Below are positions 31,275 through 39,905 of a DNA stretch of 64,000 bases, one piece after another (the first letter of the stretch is position 1; each line of letters begins with the position of its first letter). The translations under genes were made by a program, and so were the position numbers. The notes below the pieces were generated by a model, which did not search any database, had not been told where the DNA came from, and saw only the letters and a list, made by a program, of their open reading frames with translations. Where the stretch lies: positions 18,346-82,345 of the forward strand of contig JBGSHK010000012.1 in NCBI GenBank assembly GCA_041752275.1, in the 5' to 3' direction. This stretch comes from Minisyncoccia bacterium (lineage in GTDB: Bacteria > Patescibacteriota > Minisyncoccia > Phycocordibacterales > CAIZLB01).

Positions 31275-31641
31275 GTAGACGCAAAGACCTCTTCCTTCAA
31301 ACCGTTAACATGGTTCGATCTTGGAAGAGGTCATTCAACAAATGTTGGCTTATATTCTATGGTCTCGCTTGTTTCCAAGCTAAGGTTAACTGATAACGTG
31401 TGTATAATAATTATAAACTTAATCAATTACATAAAGCAATTAAATATGATTCCATTCTTATACGATGTATTATTCAAGCTTACGCTCGAACATTCTTACG
31501 ACTGTGAGAGTTCCGCGAGCGGACTCTTGCATGTCGTTGATAACACTGGGACTAGCTCATCTGGGAAGATATAATGGTTAATATAAGTCAGGAACCATTG
31601 TTATATAGTTACCTATATAAGGTTACTTCTTAAAAGCTAGT
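31275..31641 (-). ncRNA. DRT2-associated structured ncRNA (ends approximate)
   Basis: Stems at 31286-31332 (gacctcttcc/ggaagaggtc), 31336-31347, 31367-31380 (GAAA tetraloop on the minus strand), 31385-31397, 31506-31528, 31573-31599; candidate TG-a-TATTAT promoter at 31656-31648. Confidence 0.7.
31404..31505 (+). other. neo: Predicted cDNA repeat unit (102 nt) encoding a neo-like stop-free ORF
   Basis: TGT at 31401-03 and 31503-05 (ACA on the ncRNA) are 102 nt apart; the second abuts a hairpin; the circularised unit reads IIIINLINYIKQLNMIPFLYDVLFKLTLEHSYDC with no stop. Confidence 0.6.
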
Positions 31642-31788
31642 AGCTTGATAATATCACATTATCTCCTAGAGAGCCATGCGTTACAATATATAAGGTTTCG
31701 CATATAAAATGAGACAAGATGGGACATATTTTCAGTATTCTGGATGTCTCACTTTAAAAGCTGATAATCCTTTGTTATCATTAAATAT

Positions 31789-32568
31789 ATGGGTAAATTC
31801 ACCGATAGCTATACAAAAATATTAGATTCGTACCACAAGGAAAGAAACACAGCGGTTTTCTATAAAACGCAGGGATTTAAAAAGCTCTGGAGGCTTGTTC
31901 AGGACCTTGTGCAAAAAGAAAGTTTTCAAAAATCTATTTTAAAGCTAAGAAAAGAATATCACATTCCAGCCAACGGTTTTGAAATAACAGAAAATCCTTC
32001 AACACATCCGCCAAGTGAATGGGAGTATTCAAATCCTTTTGGGGTAAAAATGAAAGAACTTGGAAGTATAAGGAAAAAGTTAATAAACTTATTTGTTGAT
32101 TACAGTCTACTGCCACAAGACTGGGTATCTGTTTTTGAGCAATACCTTTTTTATAACAAGTTATACCTACCTGTGAGTCCAAATTCGCACGATCTCTGTT
32201 TTGTAAGTGATTCTTTAACGAAAAAAGATTCGACAGGCAAGGATATATCGAAAGCAGAGATATCGACCTATCCCGTCACCTTACACATTAGTCCAGATGC
32301 CTCGAAACGTGACATTTTAGATTACGTAAAAAAGATTTTTAAAACTGAAATCGAACCAATGCAGAATACATACAAAAAGAAAAATTCTTCTGCTATTAAT
32401 TCCAGAAAGAGAAACCCTGTGATCCAACAAAGAAAAGAATTTATATATCAAAATCAAGATTGGTCACTGAAAGATATTCAGAAAGGACTTGAGAAAGAGA
32501 CTGGAGAAATCATAGATATTGGGCTTGTGGGAAAAATAAAGTCATTGGAAAATAAAAAAAGGGCTTAA
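31789..32568 (+). CDS. Hypothetical protein, first gene of the phage-like module (possible C-terminal HTH)
   Basis: 259-aa ORF; TG-t-TATCAT 7 nt before the ATG; C-terminal WSLKDIQKGL...IGLVGKI helix pair. Confidence 0.75.
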   Translation: MGKFTDSYTKILDSYHKERNTAVFYKTQGFKKLWRLVQDLVQKESFQKSILKLRKEYHIPANGFEITENPSTHPPSEWEYSNPFGVKMKELGSIRKKLINLFVDYSLLPQDWVSVFEQYLFYNKLYLPVSPNSHDLCFVSDSLTKKDSTGKDISKAEISTYPVTLHISPDASKRDILDYVKKIFKTEIEPMQNTYKKKNSSAINSRKRNPVIQQRKEFIYQNQDWSLKDIQKGLEKETGEIIDIGLVGKIKSLENKKRA

Positions 32569-32649
32569 GTGTGGTCCACTTAATTCTTGTACTTATATAT
32601 AAATTTTTTATAAACTGGAATTATTATCAGTTATTTTGAAAATTTACAT

Positions 32650-33933
32650 ATGAAAAAACTTACATGGCATACCGAAAAAAGAATAGTTAGCAATCTTATT
32701 CCAAATGAGAAAAACCCTCGAAAAATTAGTGCAAAACAAATAGAAGACTTGAAAAAGAGCCTGAGGAAGTTTAACTTGGTTGAGATACCTGTTATTGATC
32801 AATCAAACAAAGTTATCGCAGGACACCAGCGTTTAATGGTTTTGAAGCTTCTCGGTCGAGAATTGGAAGAAATAGAAGTAAGGGTGCCCAATCGAAAACT
32901 TACGCAGAATGAGTATGATCAATACCTCATATCTTCAAATCGTATTCACGGAGAGTGGGATTGGGATATTCTCGGCAAGGAATTTGACTTAGATATACTT
33001 TCCATATCAGGTTTTGACGATATCGATCTCACTAAAATTGTTGATAACAGCTTTCGTGCAAAAGACGATGACTGGGACGATACAACAGAGTTGAAAAAAA
33101 TTAAATCTACCGAAATTAAGACAGGTAACATTTTTATGCTCGGTCGACATAGGCTAATTTGCGGGGATGCCACAGATAGGAATGTTGTCGATAAACTGAT
33201 GTCAGGTGCTAAAGCGAACATGATCAACCAAGATCCACCTTTTAACATTAAATTAGATTATAACAAAGGTGTTGGCGGAAAAAATACTAAAAAAGATTAC
33301 GGGGGCGAGGTCGATGACGGCAAGACGGATTCTGAATACTCTGAGTTCATACGAAAGATGATGGTTAACGCAATTTCGGTATCAAATAAAAATTGTCACG
33401 TGTTTTACTGGACAGACGAAAAGTACGTATGGCTTTTTCAAACTCTGTACAAAGAACTGGGGATAAATTCGAAACGTATCTGCCTTTGGATTAAGAACAA
33501 TGCGTCGCCCACTCCTCAGGTTGCTTTTAATAAGGTAACTGAATTTTGTGTGTATGGAACTATCGGTTCTCCATACCTGTCTAATAACGTTCAGAATCTG
33601 AATGAGATTATAAACCACGACACTACGACGGGAAATAATTTATTTGAAGAAATCAGCAACCATTTAAACGCATGGATGGTAAAAAGATTGCCAAGTAACC
33701 AGTATGAACATCCGACTCAAAAAAGTCCATTACTGCACAACAAGGCAATTCGCCGATGTACAAAAATAAATGACATAGTCCTTGACCTTACAGCAGGTTC
33801 AGGGAGCATTATGTCGGCATGTCACCAACTCAGACGGATTGCATACATGTGTGACCAGTCTCCTATATTTTGCCAGCTTATTATAAACAGATTCAAACAA
33901 ATCTCAAATGAAGAAGTTAAAAAAATCAACTAG
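32650..33933 (+). CDS. ParB-N domain plus DNA amino-methyltransferase (phage-type, beta class)
   Basis: PNEKNPR..AGHQRL (ParB-like), HRLICGD, QDPPF (motif IV), HPTQK, VLDLTAGSGS (motif I). Confidence 0.92.
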   Translation: MKKLTWHTEKRIVSNLIPNEKNPRKISAKQIEDLKKSLRKFNLVEIPVIDQSNKVIAGHQRLMVLKLLGRELEEIEVRVPNRKLTQNEYDQYLISSNRIHGEWDWDILGKEFDLDILSISGFDDIDLTKIVDNSFRAKDDDWDDTTELKKIKSTEIKTGNIFMLGRHRLICGDATDRNVVDKLMSGAKANMINQDPPFNIKLDYNKGVGGKNTKKDYGGEVDDGKTDSEYSEFIRKMMVNAISVSNKNCHVFYWTDEKYVWLFQTLYKELGINSKRICLWIKNNASPTPQVAFNKVTEFCVYGTIGSPYLSNNVQNLNEIINHDTTTGNNLFEEISNHLNAWMVKRLPSNQYEHPTQKSPLLHNKAIRRCTKINDIVLDLTAGSGSIMSACHQLRRIAYMCDQSPIFCQLIINRFKQISNEEVKKIN

Positions 33934-34330
33934 CCAAATTAGGATTCAAAAAGAGAAATCAGCATTTCTGGAACAACTTAAACGCACGCCGATTATTCAG
34001 GTTGTCTGTGAAAAGATAAATATAGGGCGTGCAACCTTCTACCGTTGGAAATCCGATGATAGTATTTTTAGTCAGGCTGTCGAGGATGCTTTTTTAGAAG
34101 GACATCTTCTCGTGAATGATCTGGCAGAGTCGCAGCTAATCGGTGCGGTAAAAGACCGTAACCTATCCGCAATAACCTACTGGCTTAAGCACCACCACAA
34201 AGATTACAAAAATCGCATTGAAATTGAAGGAAATCTTAACACAATTCAAGAACTTTCGGCTGAACAAAAGGAGCTTGTACAAAAGGCACTTAGATTAGCA
34301 TCTTTAGATTTTAATCAACATGAAAAATAG
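33908..34330 (+). CDS. Terminase small subunit-like HTH protein
   Basis: IQVVCEKINIGRATFYRW HTH, AITYWLK; directly upstream of the large terminase. Confidence 0.75.
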   Translation: MKKLKKSTSQIRIQKEKSAFLEQLKRTPIIQVVCEKINIGRATFYRWKSDDSIFSQAVEDAFLEGHLLVNDLAESQLIGAVKDRNLSAITYWLKHHHKDYKNRIEIEGNLNTIQELSAEQKELVQKALRLASLDFNQHEK

Positions 34331-35792
34331 TGAAAATATTTTAGAGCAAGTAATGATGGATCGTGCAGTACGCCAAGCGGTTACCTGCAGGAGTCACATA
34401 ATGTTTTTCCATCTTTATTTTCCGCATTATGTTAAATATCCCATTGCCGAGTTCCAAAAGGAAATTTTTCAAATAACAGAAGACCAGTCAAATAAGCTTG
34501 CGTGCATTGTTGCGTTTCGAGGATCAGGAAAATCAACCCTGATCACATTATCATATTCGATATGGTCCATCTTGGGTATGCAACAAAAAAAGTTTGTACT
34601 TATTGTCTTTCAAACCCAATATCAAGCTAAACAGCAGATGATGAACATCAGACGCGAACTTGAGAGTAATAAAGTTCTAAGAAGTGACCTTGGTCCCTTT
34701 CAGGAAGATGTGGGTGGTGAATGGTCCTCTTTGTCCATAGTATTCAAAAACACAGGGGCAAGAATTATGATTGCGTCAATAGAGCAGAGTGTTCGAGGTG
34801 TTCGCCACAATGAACATCGTCCAGATCTTATTATATGTGACGATATCGAGGATTTAAACTCTTCACGCACACTCGAATCACGCAATAAAACATTTGACTG
34901 GTTTACACGCGAAATTGTTCCACTTGGAGACATTGCCACACGAATCATAATGATTGGAAACCTGCTACATGAGGACTCATTGATGATGAGACTTCGAAAA
35001 AAAATCGAATCGAAAGAGATGGAAGGTATTTTTAAATGGTTCCCACTTATTGCAAAAGACGGTCATTGCTTGTGGTCTGACAAATTTGACTCGCCAGCAA
35101 AAATAGAAAACCTTAGGCGAAGTGTCGCAAATGAGTTGGCTTGGCAACAGGAGTACTTGCTTAATATAATCTCCGATAACACTCGTGTAATATTTCCTGA
35201 GTGGATTCATACTTATTCAGACAGAGAATTGGTGCACATAAAACCAAACAGAATAATAATAGGTATTGACCTTGCTATTTCGCAGCAAAAAACGGCAGAC
35301 TACACTGCAATGGTTGCAATTAAGGTAATTGGTACAGGCATTTATAGAAAAATTTATGTTGTTCCAAATCCCATTAACAAGCGACTGACATTTCCTGATG
35401 TGATTACCAAAGTAAATGACCTCGAATTAGTTTTTAAGAGTCAAGGATCATACCCTGAATTTGTAATAGAATCTAATGGTTTCCAAGAAGTTTACCTGCA
35501 TCTCTTATGCAAAAAGATATCATCAATCAAAGGGGTAAAACATACAAACGATAAAAGATCTCGCCTTGCGATGGTAAGTACATTTATTCGTGAAGGTGTT
35601 ATAGTTTTTCCTGAATATGGGGCAAAGGATCTGATAACCCAACTGACAGGATTCGGAACTGAACATTACGACGATTTAGCAGATGCTTTTAGTATTGCGA
35701 TTATAGAGGTTTTAGGATCTATCGAGCATGAAAAAGATATGCAGTCTTGGAAAGACTGGGTAGAGAGTAATGGTGGCAGTTGTGCCATATAA
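34320..35792 (+). CDS. Phage terminase large subunit
   Basis: Walker A FRGSGKST, RG..RPDLIICDDIE, WQQEY, nuclease IGIDLA..ADYTA, IESNGFQ, DDLADA. Confidence 0.92.
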   Translation: MKNSENILEQVMMDRAVRQAVTCRSHIMFFHLYFPHYVKYPIAEFQKEIFQITEDQSNKLACIVAFRGSGKSTLITLSYSIWSILGMQQKKFVLIVFQTQYQAKQQMMNIRRELESNKVLRSDLGPFQEDVGGEWSSLSIVFKNTGARIMIASIEQSVRGVRHNEHRPDLIICDDIEDLNSSRTLESRNKTFDWFTREIVPLGDIATRIIMIGNLLHEDSLMMRLRKKIESKEMEGIFKWFPLIAKDGHCLWSDKFDSPAKIENLRRSVANELAWQQEYLLNIISDNTRVIFPEWIHTYSDRELVHIKPNRIIIGIDLAISQQKTADYTAMVAIKVIGTGIYRKIYVVPNPINKRLTFPDVITKVNDLELVFKSQGSYPEFVIESNGFQEVYLHLLCKKISSIKGVKHTNDKRSRLAMVSTFIREGVIVFPEYGAKDLITQLTGFGTEHYDDLADAFSIAIIEVLGSIEHEKDMQSWKDWVESNGGSCAI

Positions 35793-35804
35793 GATTCTGC
35801 GATA

Positions 35805-36434
35805 CTAGTTTAGCTTTGCCTTTGTAACGCAAACATTGTTGAGATTACCTTTTGCACCTTCTAGTCTTAAGAAATCACAAATTTTTGAAGAATCAAAGTT
35901 TTTCCAATTAATCTTTTGATAAGTTTCTTTGTCTATTGACTGAGACATTAAGACTTGGTTTTTTGTATTACCATAGTTGTCGGTAATATCGGCATAATAC
36001 CAAACTATAACATCATAAGCATTCGGATTTGATGAAAATGTTTCTTGGAATATCTTTCCTGTAAGCTCACCTGTATTTCGATAAAAAGAATCTGAACTCA
36101 AGAAGCTTGATACGTTAAGTTTTACAACTATCATACGAGATCCTTGAGGTCTATTACTGTCGGCTTTGGTATCTTCGATAGAATTGAATGAAATTTTTGT
36201 GACCCCTATTTTATTTGTTAATTCCCTAATCCTACCTTCAAAAGTTTGTGAGGTTGTAGCCATCGCCAAATGGTCAACCTCATTGTTTTTAACTGGCTCT
36301 TTCTTTGAAACTCCAATGCTTACAGAAAATATTATTATTAATATAATAACTACCGCCGTTGCGACTGGATGATTTTTAATCTGTTCCGTTGCTTTTTCGG
36401 CACGAGCTGTGCCTGTTGATTTATTTGAATTCAT
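35805..36434 (-). CDS. Membrane-anchored hypothetical protein downstream of the C4-like RNA
   Basis: Single N-terminal TM helix, 209 aa. Confidence 0.75.
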   Translation of the reverse strand: MNSNKSTGTARAEKATEQIKNHPVATAVVIILIIIFSVSIGVSKKEPVKNNEVDHLAMATTSQTFEGRIRELTNKIGVTKISFNSIEDTKADSNRPQGSRMIVVKLNVSSFLSSDSFYRNTGELTGKIFQETFSSNPNAYDVIVWYYADITDNYGNTKNQVLMSQSIDKETYQKINWKNFDSSKICDFLRLEGAKGNLNNVCVTKAKLN

Positions 36435-36494
36435 AATTTTGCTTGATCGTCTTAAAATTATTTGATAATAATGATGTGTTTTCTGTTGTATACA

Positions 36495-36580
36495 AAAAGC
36501 CCATCACGGGTAAGGACCGAGGTCCTTCGTACCAGTTTCCCGATACGGCGATCAAGCAAAACCCCATGACGGGTTCTTTA
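36495..36580 (-). ncRNA. C4/CI-like cloverleaf antisense RNA
   Basis: 11-bp closing stem cccgucauggg/cccgugauggg, GAAA-capped hairpin, second hairpin, and single-stranded uuuugcuugaucg complementary to sites at 36583-36590 and 36437-36449. Confidence 0.7.
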
Positions 36581-36652
36581 CACTTGATCGACTTTAGACC
36601 ATATCCTTTAACTTATATTAAAGGGGTTAGGTCACAATTTGGTTGTAATTCC

Positions 36653-36681
36653 ATAATACTTTATTTGAAAGTATTAGTCTA
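36653..36681 (-). promoter_or_regulatory. Sigma70 promoter for the C4-like RNA leader
   Basis: Minus strand TAGACT(36681-76)-17-TATTAT(36658-53). Confidence 0.55.
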
Positions 36682-36785
36682 TATTGTATCGCAGAATATG
36701 GCTTTTGCTAAGCCATAACGACCATGTAATAAAACTGTTGTTTTGCATAGCTATGCACCATGGGTGGATGCGACATTATTAATAT

Positions 36786-38069
36786 ATGACCGACATAGAA
36801 CAAACAGATCTAAAATATTGTCTATATGCACGTAAATCGACTGAGGGTGATGAAAAACAAGCCCTCTCTATAGATTCACAGATCAAGGAAATGTTACAAA
36901 TTGCGGAACGTGAAAATATAAAAATTGTTGAGATTAGGAAAGAATCTCATTCGGCAAAAGAATCAAGCCAAAGACCTGTATTTGAAGAAATAGTTAAAGA
37001 TATAGATGGTGGTATTTTCAATTCAATCATAACTTGGGCACCTGATAGACTTTCTCGTAATGCGGGTGATCTTGGAAAATTAGTAGACAGGATGGATCAA
37101 AAGAAACTAATACAGATCAAAACTTTTGGTCAAAATTTTACCAATTCACCAAGTGACAAGTTCCTGTTGATGATTTTATGTTCTCAGGCAAAGCTGGAGA
37201 ATGATAATAAGAGCATCAATGTGAAGCGTGGTATGAGAACACGATGTGAGATGGGTTTATGGCCTGCACAACCTCCTACAGGGTATAGGAAAGTAAATGA
37301 TATAAAAGCAAAATGTGAAGTTGAAATCGATCCTGATAGGTTCGATACTATACGTCAAATATTTGAAAAAATTTCATATGAAAAATGGAGTGTATCTAAG
37401 GTTCACGCATGGTTACGATATGAAATTAACTTCAGAACACAACGTGGCTTTCATTTGAGTATCGGTAATGTATTTAAAATAATTAATAATACATTTTATT
37501 ATGGTCGCTTTGAATTTCCACAAGGTGCGGGTATTTGGTATGAGGGTAGGCATAAACCAATAATCAGTAAAGAGTTATTTGATGAGACAAGAAATTCAGT
37601 CAAATCTCAGGTTATAAAATCACAAGGTAAAGAATTTGCTTTTACAAGAATTATGAAATGTGGAATTTGTGGATCTGGTATCACTGCTGATGAGAAGTTT
37701 AAAAAGATACAGAATGGCGGGGTTAATAGATATGTGTATTATCGATGCACAAAAGCAAAAGATAGAGGTTGTAACAATTCTGCAATAAATGAAGATAATC
37801 TTCTTAAAGAATTTCAAAAAATGGCAAATGTATTAGACCTTCATGAAGTACATTTGACTGAAAAATTAAATATAGAAATTAAGAAATTCAAAAAACTTCA
37901 AGCTATGTTTTTAGATATAGAAAATACAGTAGAAGTGCAGAAAGTAGATTTAAGGAATTATTTAAAATTTATCTTAAAAGATGGAACAATCTTGGAGAGA
38001 CGCTCCATACTTGATTGTATTAAAAATAGCTTAGTTTTAAAAAATGCAGTCCTCACTATTCAAGAATAA
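36786..38069 (+). CDS. Large serine recombinase (integrase)
   Basis: YARKS catalytic Ser, DRLSRN, recombinase domain (FYYG...G.HKPIISKELF), zinc ribbon CGICG..YYRC. Confidence 0.95.
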   Translation: MTDIEQTDLKYCLYARKSTEGDEKQALSIDSQIKEMLQIAERENIKIVEIRKESHSAKESSQRPVFEEIVKDIDGGIFNSIITWAPDRLSRNAGDLGKLVDRMDQKKLIQIKTFGQNFTNSPSDKFLLMILCSQAKLENDNKSINVKRGMRTRCEMGLWPAQPPTGYRKVNDIKAKCEVEIDPDRFDTIRQIFEKISYEKWSVSKVHAWLRYEINFRTQRGFHLSIGNVFKIINNTFYYGRFEFPQGAGIWYEGRHKPIISKELFDETRNSVKSQVIKSQGKEFAFTRIMKCGICGSGITADEKFKKIQNGGVNRYVYYRCTKAKDRGCNNSAINEDNLLKEFQKMANVLDLHEVHLTEKLNIEIKKFKKLQAMFLDIENTVEVQKVDLRNYLKFILKDGTILERRSILDCIKNSLVLKNAVLTIQE

Positions 38070-38107
38070 AATAACTTATTAGTATTTCATTCTTGAAATC
38101 CATAAAA

Positions 38108-39073
38108 TTATTCTTGCATATTCTGTACACAGCTTATAATCCAGCCCTCATTCTTTTTTCTTAAAGTTATCATCATTTTATCAGATACTTTTTCTTGATT
38201 TTCTAAAATCATTTGACCTATCAAATGTACATAGCCCCAATCTCCAGTTACATCTATGTGTGTGATATTATTATCTCCTTCAAATTTTATTTTATCAAAA
38301 TTATCTTTTAAATCTTCTTTAATAAAATTTTTATCTTCATAAAATATAAATAAAACATTATCAGTTGTTATGGACTCTATTTTTTCAACATCTTTTCTTG
38401 ATACAGATTCAAAAAAAGCATTTACTATTTCTTTTATAGTTTTTTTATCTTCTACAGTCATTTTAGGTAACACAACATAGTTATGATCAGTAAGCTCTGC
38501 AATAGAATCAACCTCACTTTCGCCATTCTCCTTATAATAATGTTTTAACATGTCTATATTAGATTTTGGCATATTGAAATACACACCTTTTTCACTGTGG
38601 TTTAGAATTAAAAACTGAGCATCGTCGCTTAATTGTTGTATATATTGATGTATCAGCACTATATATGAATCGATTTTTACAACCTTATCCAAAACATCAT
38701 CTCTATATGTTTGACAATCATCCAGTACAAGATATGTATTTTCAGATAGCTTATTTGTTTCTATGGTTGAAAGTATAAATTTATTGGCAAGTTTATTTGC
38801 TTCATCTTCACCTATGTTTTTTCTATCAAAAACAATATGAAGATTTTTATTTTCAATATCTGTATTTTCTATATCATCTTCATTTTTTATATATACTTTT
38901 TCTAATAAATCTGAATCCACAATCATATCATCATAAACCGAAAGATATATAACATTTTTACCACTTTTAATAATTTCCTCGATTTGATTTTTTACAAAAT
39001 AGGTTTTTCCTGTGCCAGTATTACCTATTATGTGAGTAAGCTTACTGTTTAATAGTGATTGATTTGTTTGCAT
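38108..39073 (-). CDS. Degenerate P-loop ATPase (VirB4/TraD-like) fused to a SnoaL/NTF2-like domain
   Basis: GNTGTGKT, LVLDDCQ, HQYIQQL; C-terminal helix-sheet ending LRKKNEGWII. Confidence 0.6.
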   Translation of the reverse strand: MQTNQSLLNSKLTHIIGNTGTGKTYFVKNQIEEIIKSGKNVIYLSVYDDMIVDSDLLEKVYIKNEDDIENTDIENKNLHIVFDRKNIGEDEANKLANKFILSTIETNKLSENTYLVLDDCQTYRDDVLDKVVKIDSYIVLIHQYIQQLSDDAQFLILNHSEKGVYFNMPKSNIDMLKHYYKENGESEVDSIAELTDHNYVVLPKMTVEDKKTIKEIVNAFFESVSRKDVEKIESITTDNVLFIFYEDKNFIKEDLKDNFDKIKFEGDNNITHIDVTGDWGYVHLIGQMILENQEKVSDKMMITLRKKNEGWIISCVQNMQE

Positions 39074-39128
39074 GTATTTATTATAACATTTTTACCCCCC
39101 CCACAAGTAAAAATTATATATAATCAAA

Positions 39129-39833
39129 TTAACTATTAAAAAATACCCCTTTCAAAAATTCTGTAAACGCATTCATTTCTTCTTGAAATTTATATAGTCT
39201 TTCAGAAACCTTTTCTGCATCAGTATCTTTCTCTTGTATTTCAGTCCCGCGACTCTCTAACCTCATGTTTCCTAAATGGCGTCGAACGATTAGAACCAAT
39301 TTAGATTCATTATCAGCATCCCTATTTTCATAAAATAATTTCAATAAATCCTCTATTTTCTGTTGTTGTTTTGCGTTTTAAGATTTAATCATTTCGGTCA
39401 AATCTGTTATTTCTTGGCTTTTAGGATAAGGAAAACTGCCAAGTTTTTTCTCCAACTCTCTAACCCTTTTATTAAGCTTTTTCTCTTCATTTTTGTCTTC
39501 AGTTTTTTGAATCTCAGTCCATAACCTCTGGATTTCTTTGAATATATCTTTCTCCTCATCAGTTTTCAGGTCCTCAATTTTTTGCTCTCTTTGTTTATTT
39601 AAAATAATTGCTTCAGGTGATTTTATATCTATATAAGTAACAGGGTATCTATCAATTTTACCTTCATGTGAAGATGTTGTGTTTATACCCAAAAGACGTA
39701 ATGCAATAACTGTATCTTTTATACCAGTATCTATTTCAAGTCCGAGTCTGTCGGTAATTCTATCAACAATTTCTTTTTCTTTTTGCCATAAAACCTGTTT
39801 TTGCTCGGATTCTGAGTTTGGTATTTTTTCCAT
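39129..39833 (-). pseudogene. Hypothetical gene interrupted by an in-frame TAA
   Basis: ORFs 39378-39833 and 39129-39344 share a frame; the reading ...MIKS*NAKQQQKIEDLLKLFYEN... is continuous apart from TAA at 39380-39378. Confidence 0.7.
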
Positions 39834-39905
39834 ATGGTAATTATATCAAATTAAGGTCATATTTCATAAATAGTATTTAGCGGTCGATTATGATATAATA
39901 TCCAA

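Noticed and set aside
31480-31505. Junction-created -35 element for the neo-like promoter
   Set aside because: Hexamers 16-18 nt upstream of the junction TATAAT (cgctcg, acgctc, tacgct) do not resemble TTGACA, so it is not claimed
31128-31574. 148-aa plus-strand ORF as a conventional gene
   Set aside because: It is antisense to the RT start and its ncRNA; the open frame is better explained by the embedded neo-like repeat (31404-31505) than by a normal protein
31343-31601. Alternative TGT/ACA pairs as template boundaries (31343, 31370 or 31399 with 31503; 31401 with 31532 or 31599)
   Set aside because: Spacings of 160, 133, 104 and 131 are not multiples of 3; the 198-nt option has stops in all plus frames. 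Pairs ending at 31532 from 31343 or 31370 (189, 162 nt) stay possible but would run through several scaffold stems
36443-36718. 91-aa plus-strand ORF
   Set aside because: Overlaps the C4-like structured RNA and its promoter on the opposite strand; TTG start and no protein-like features
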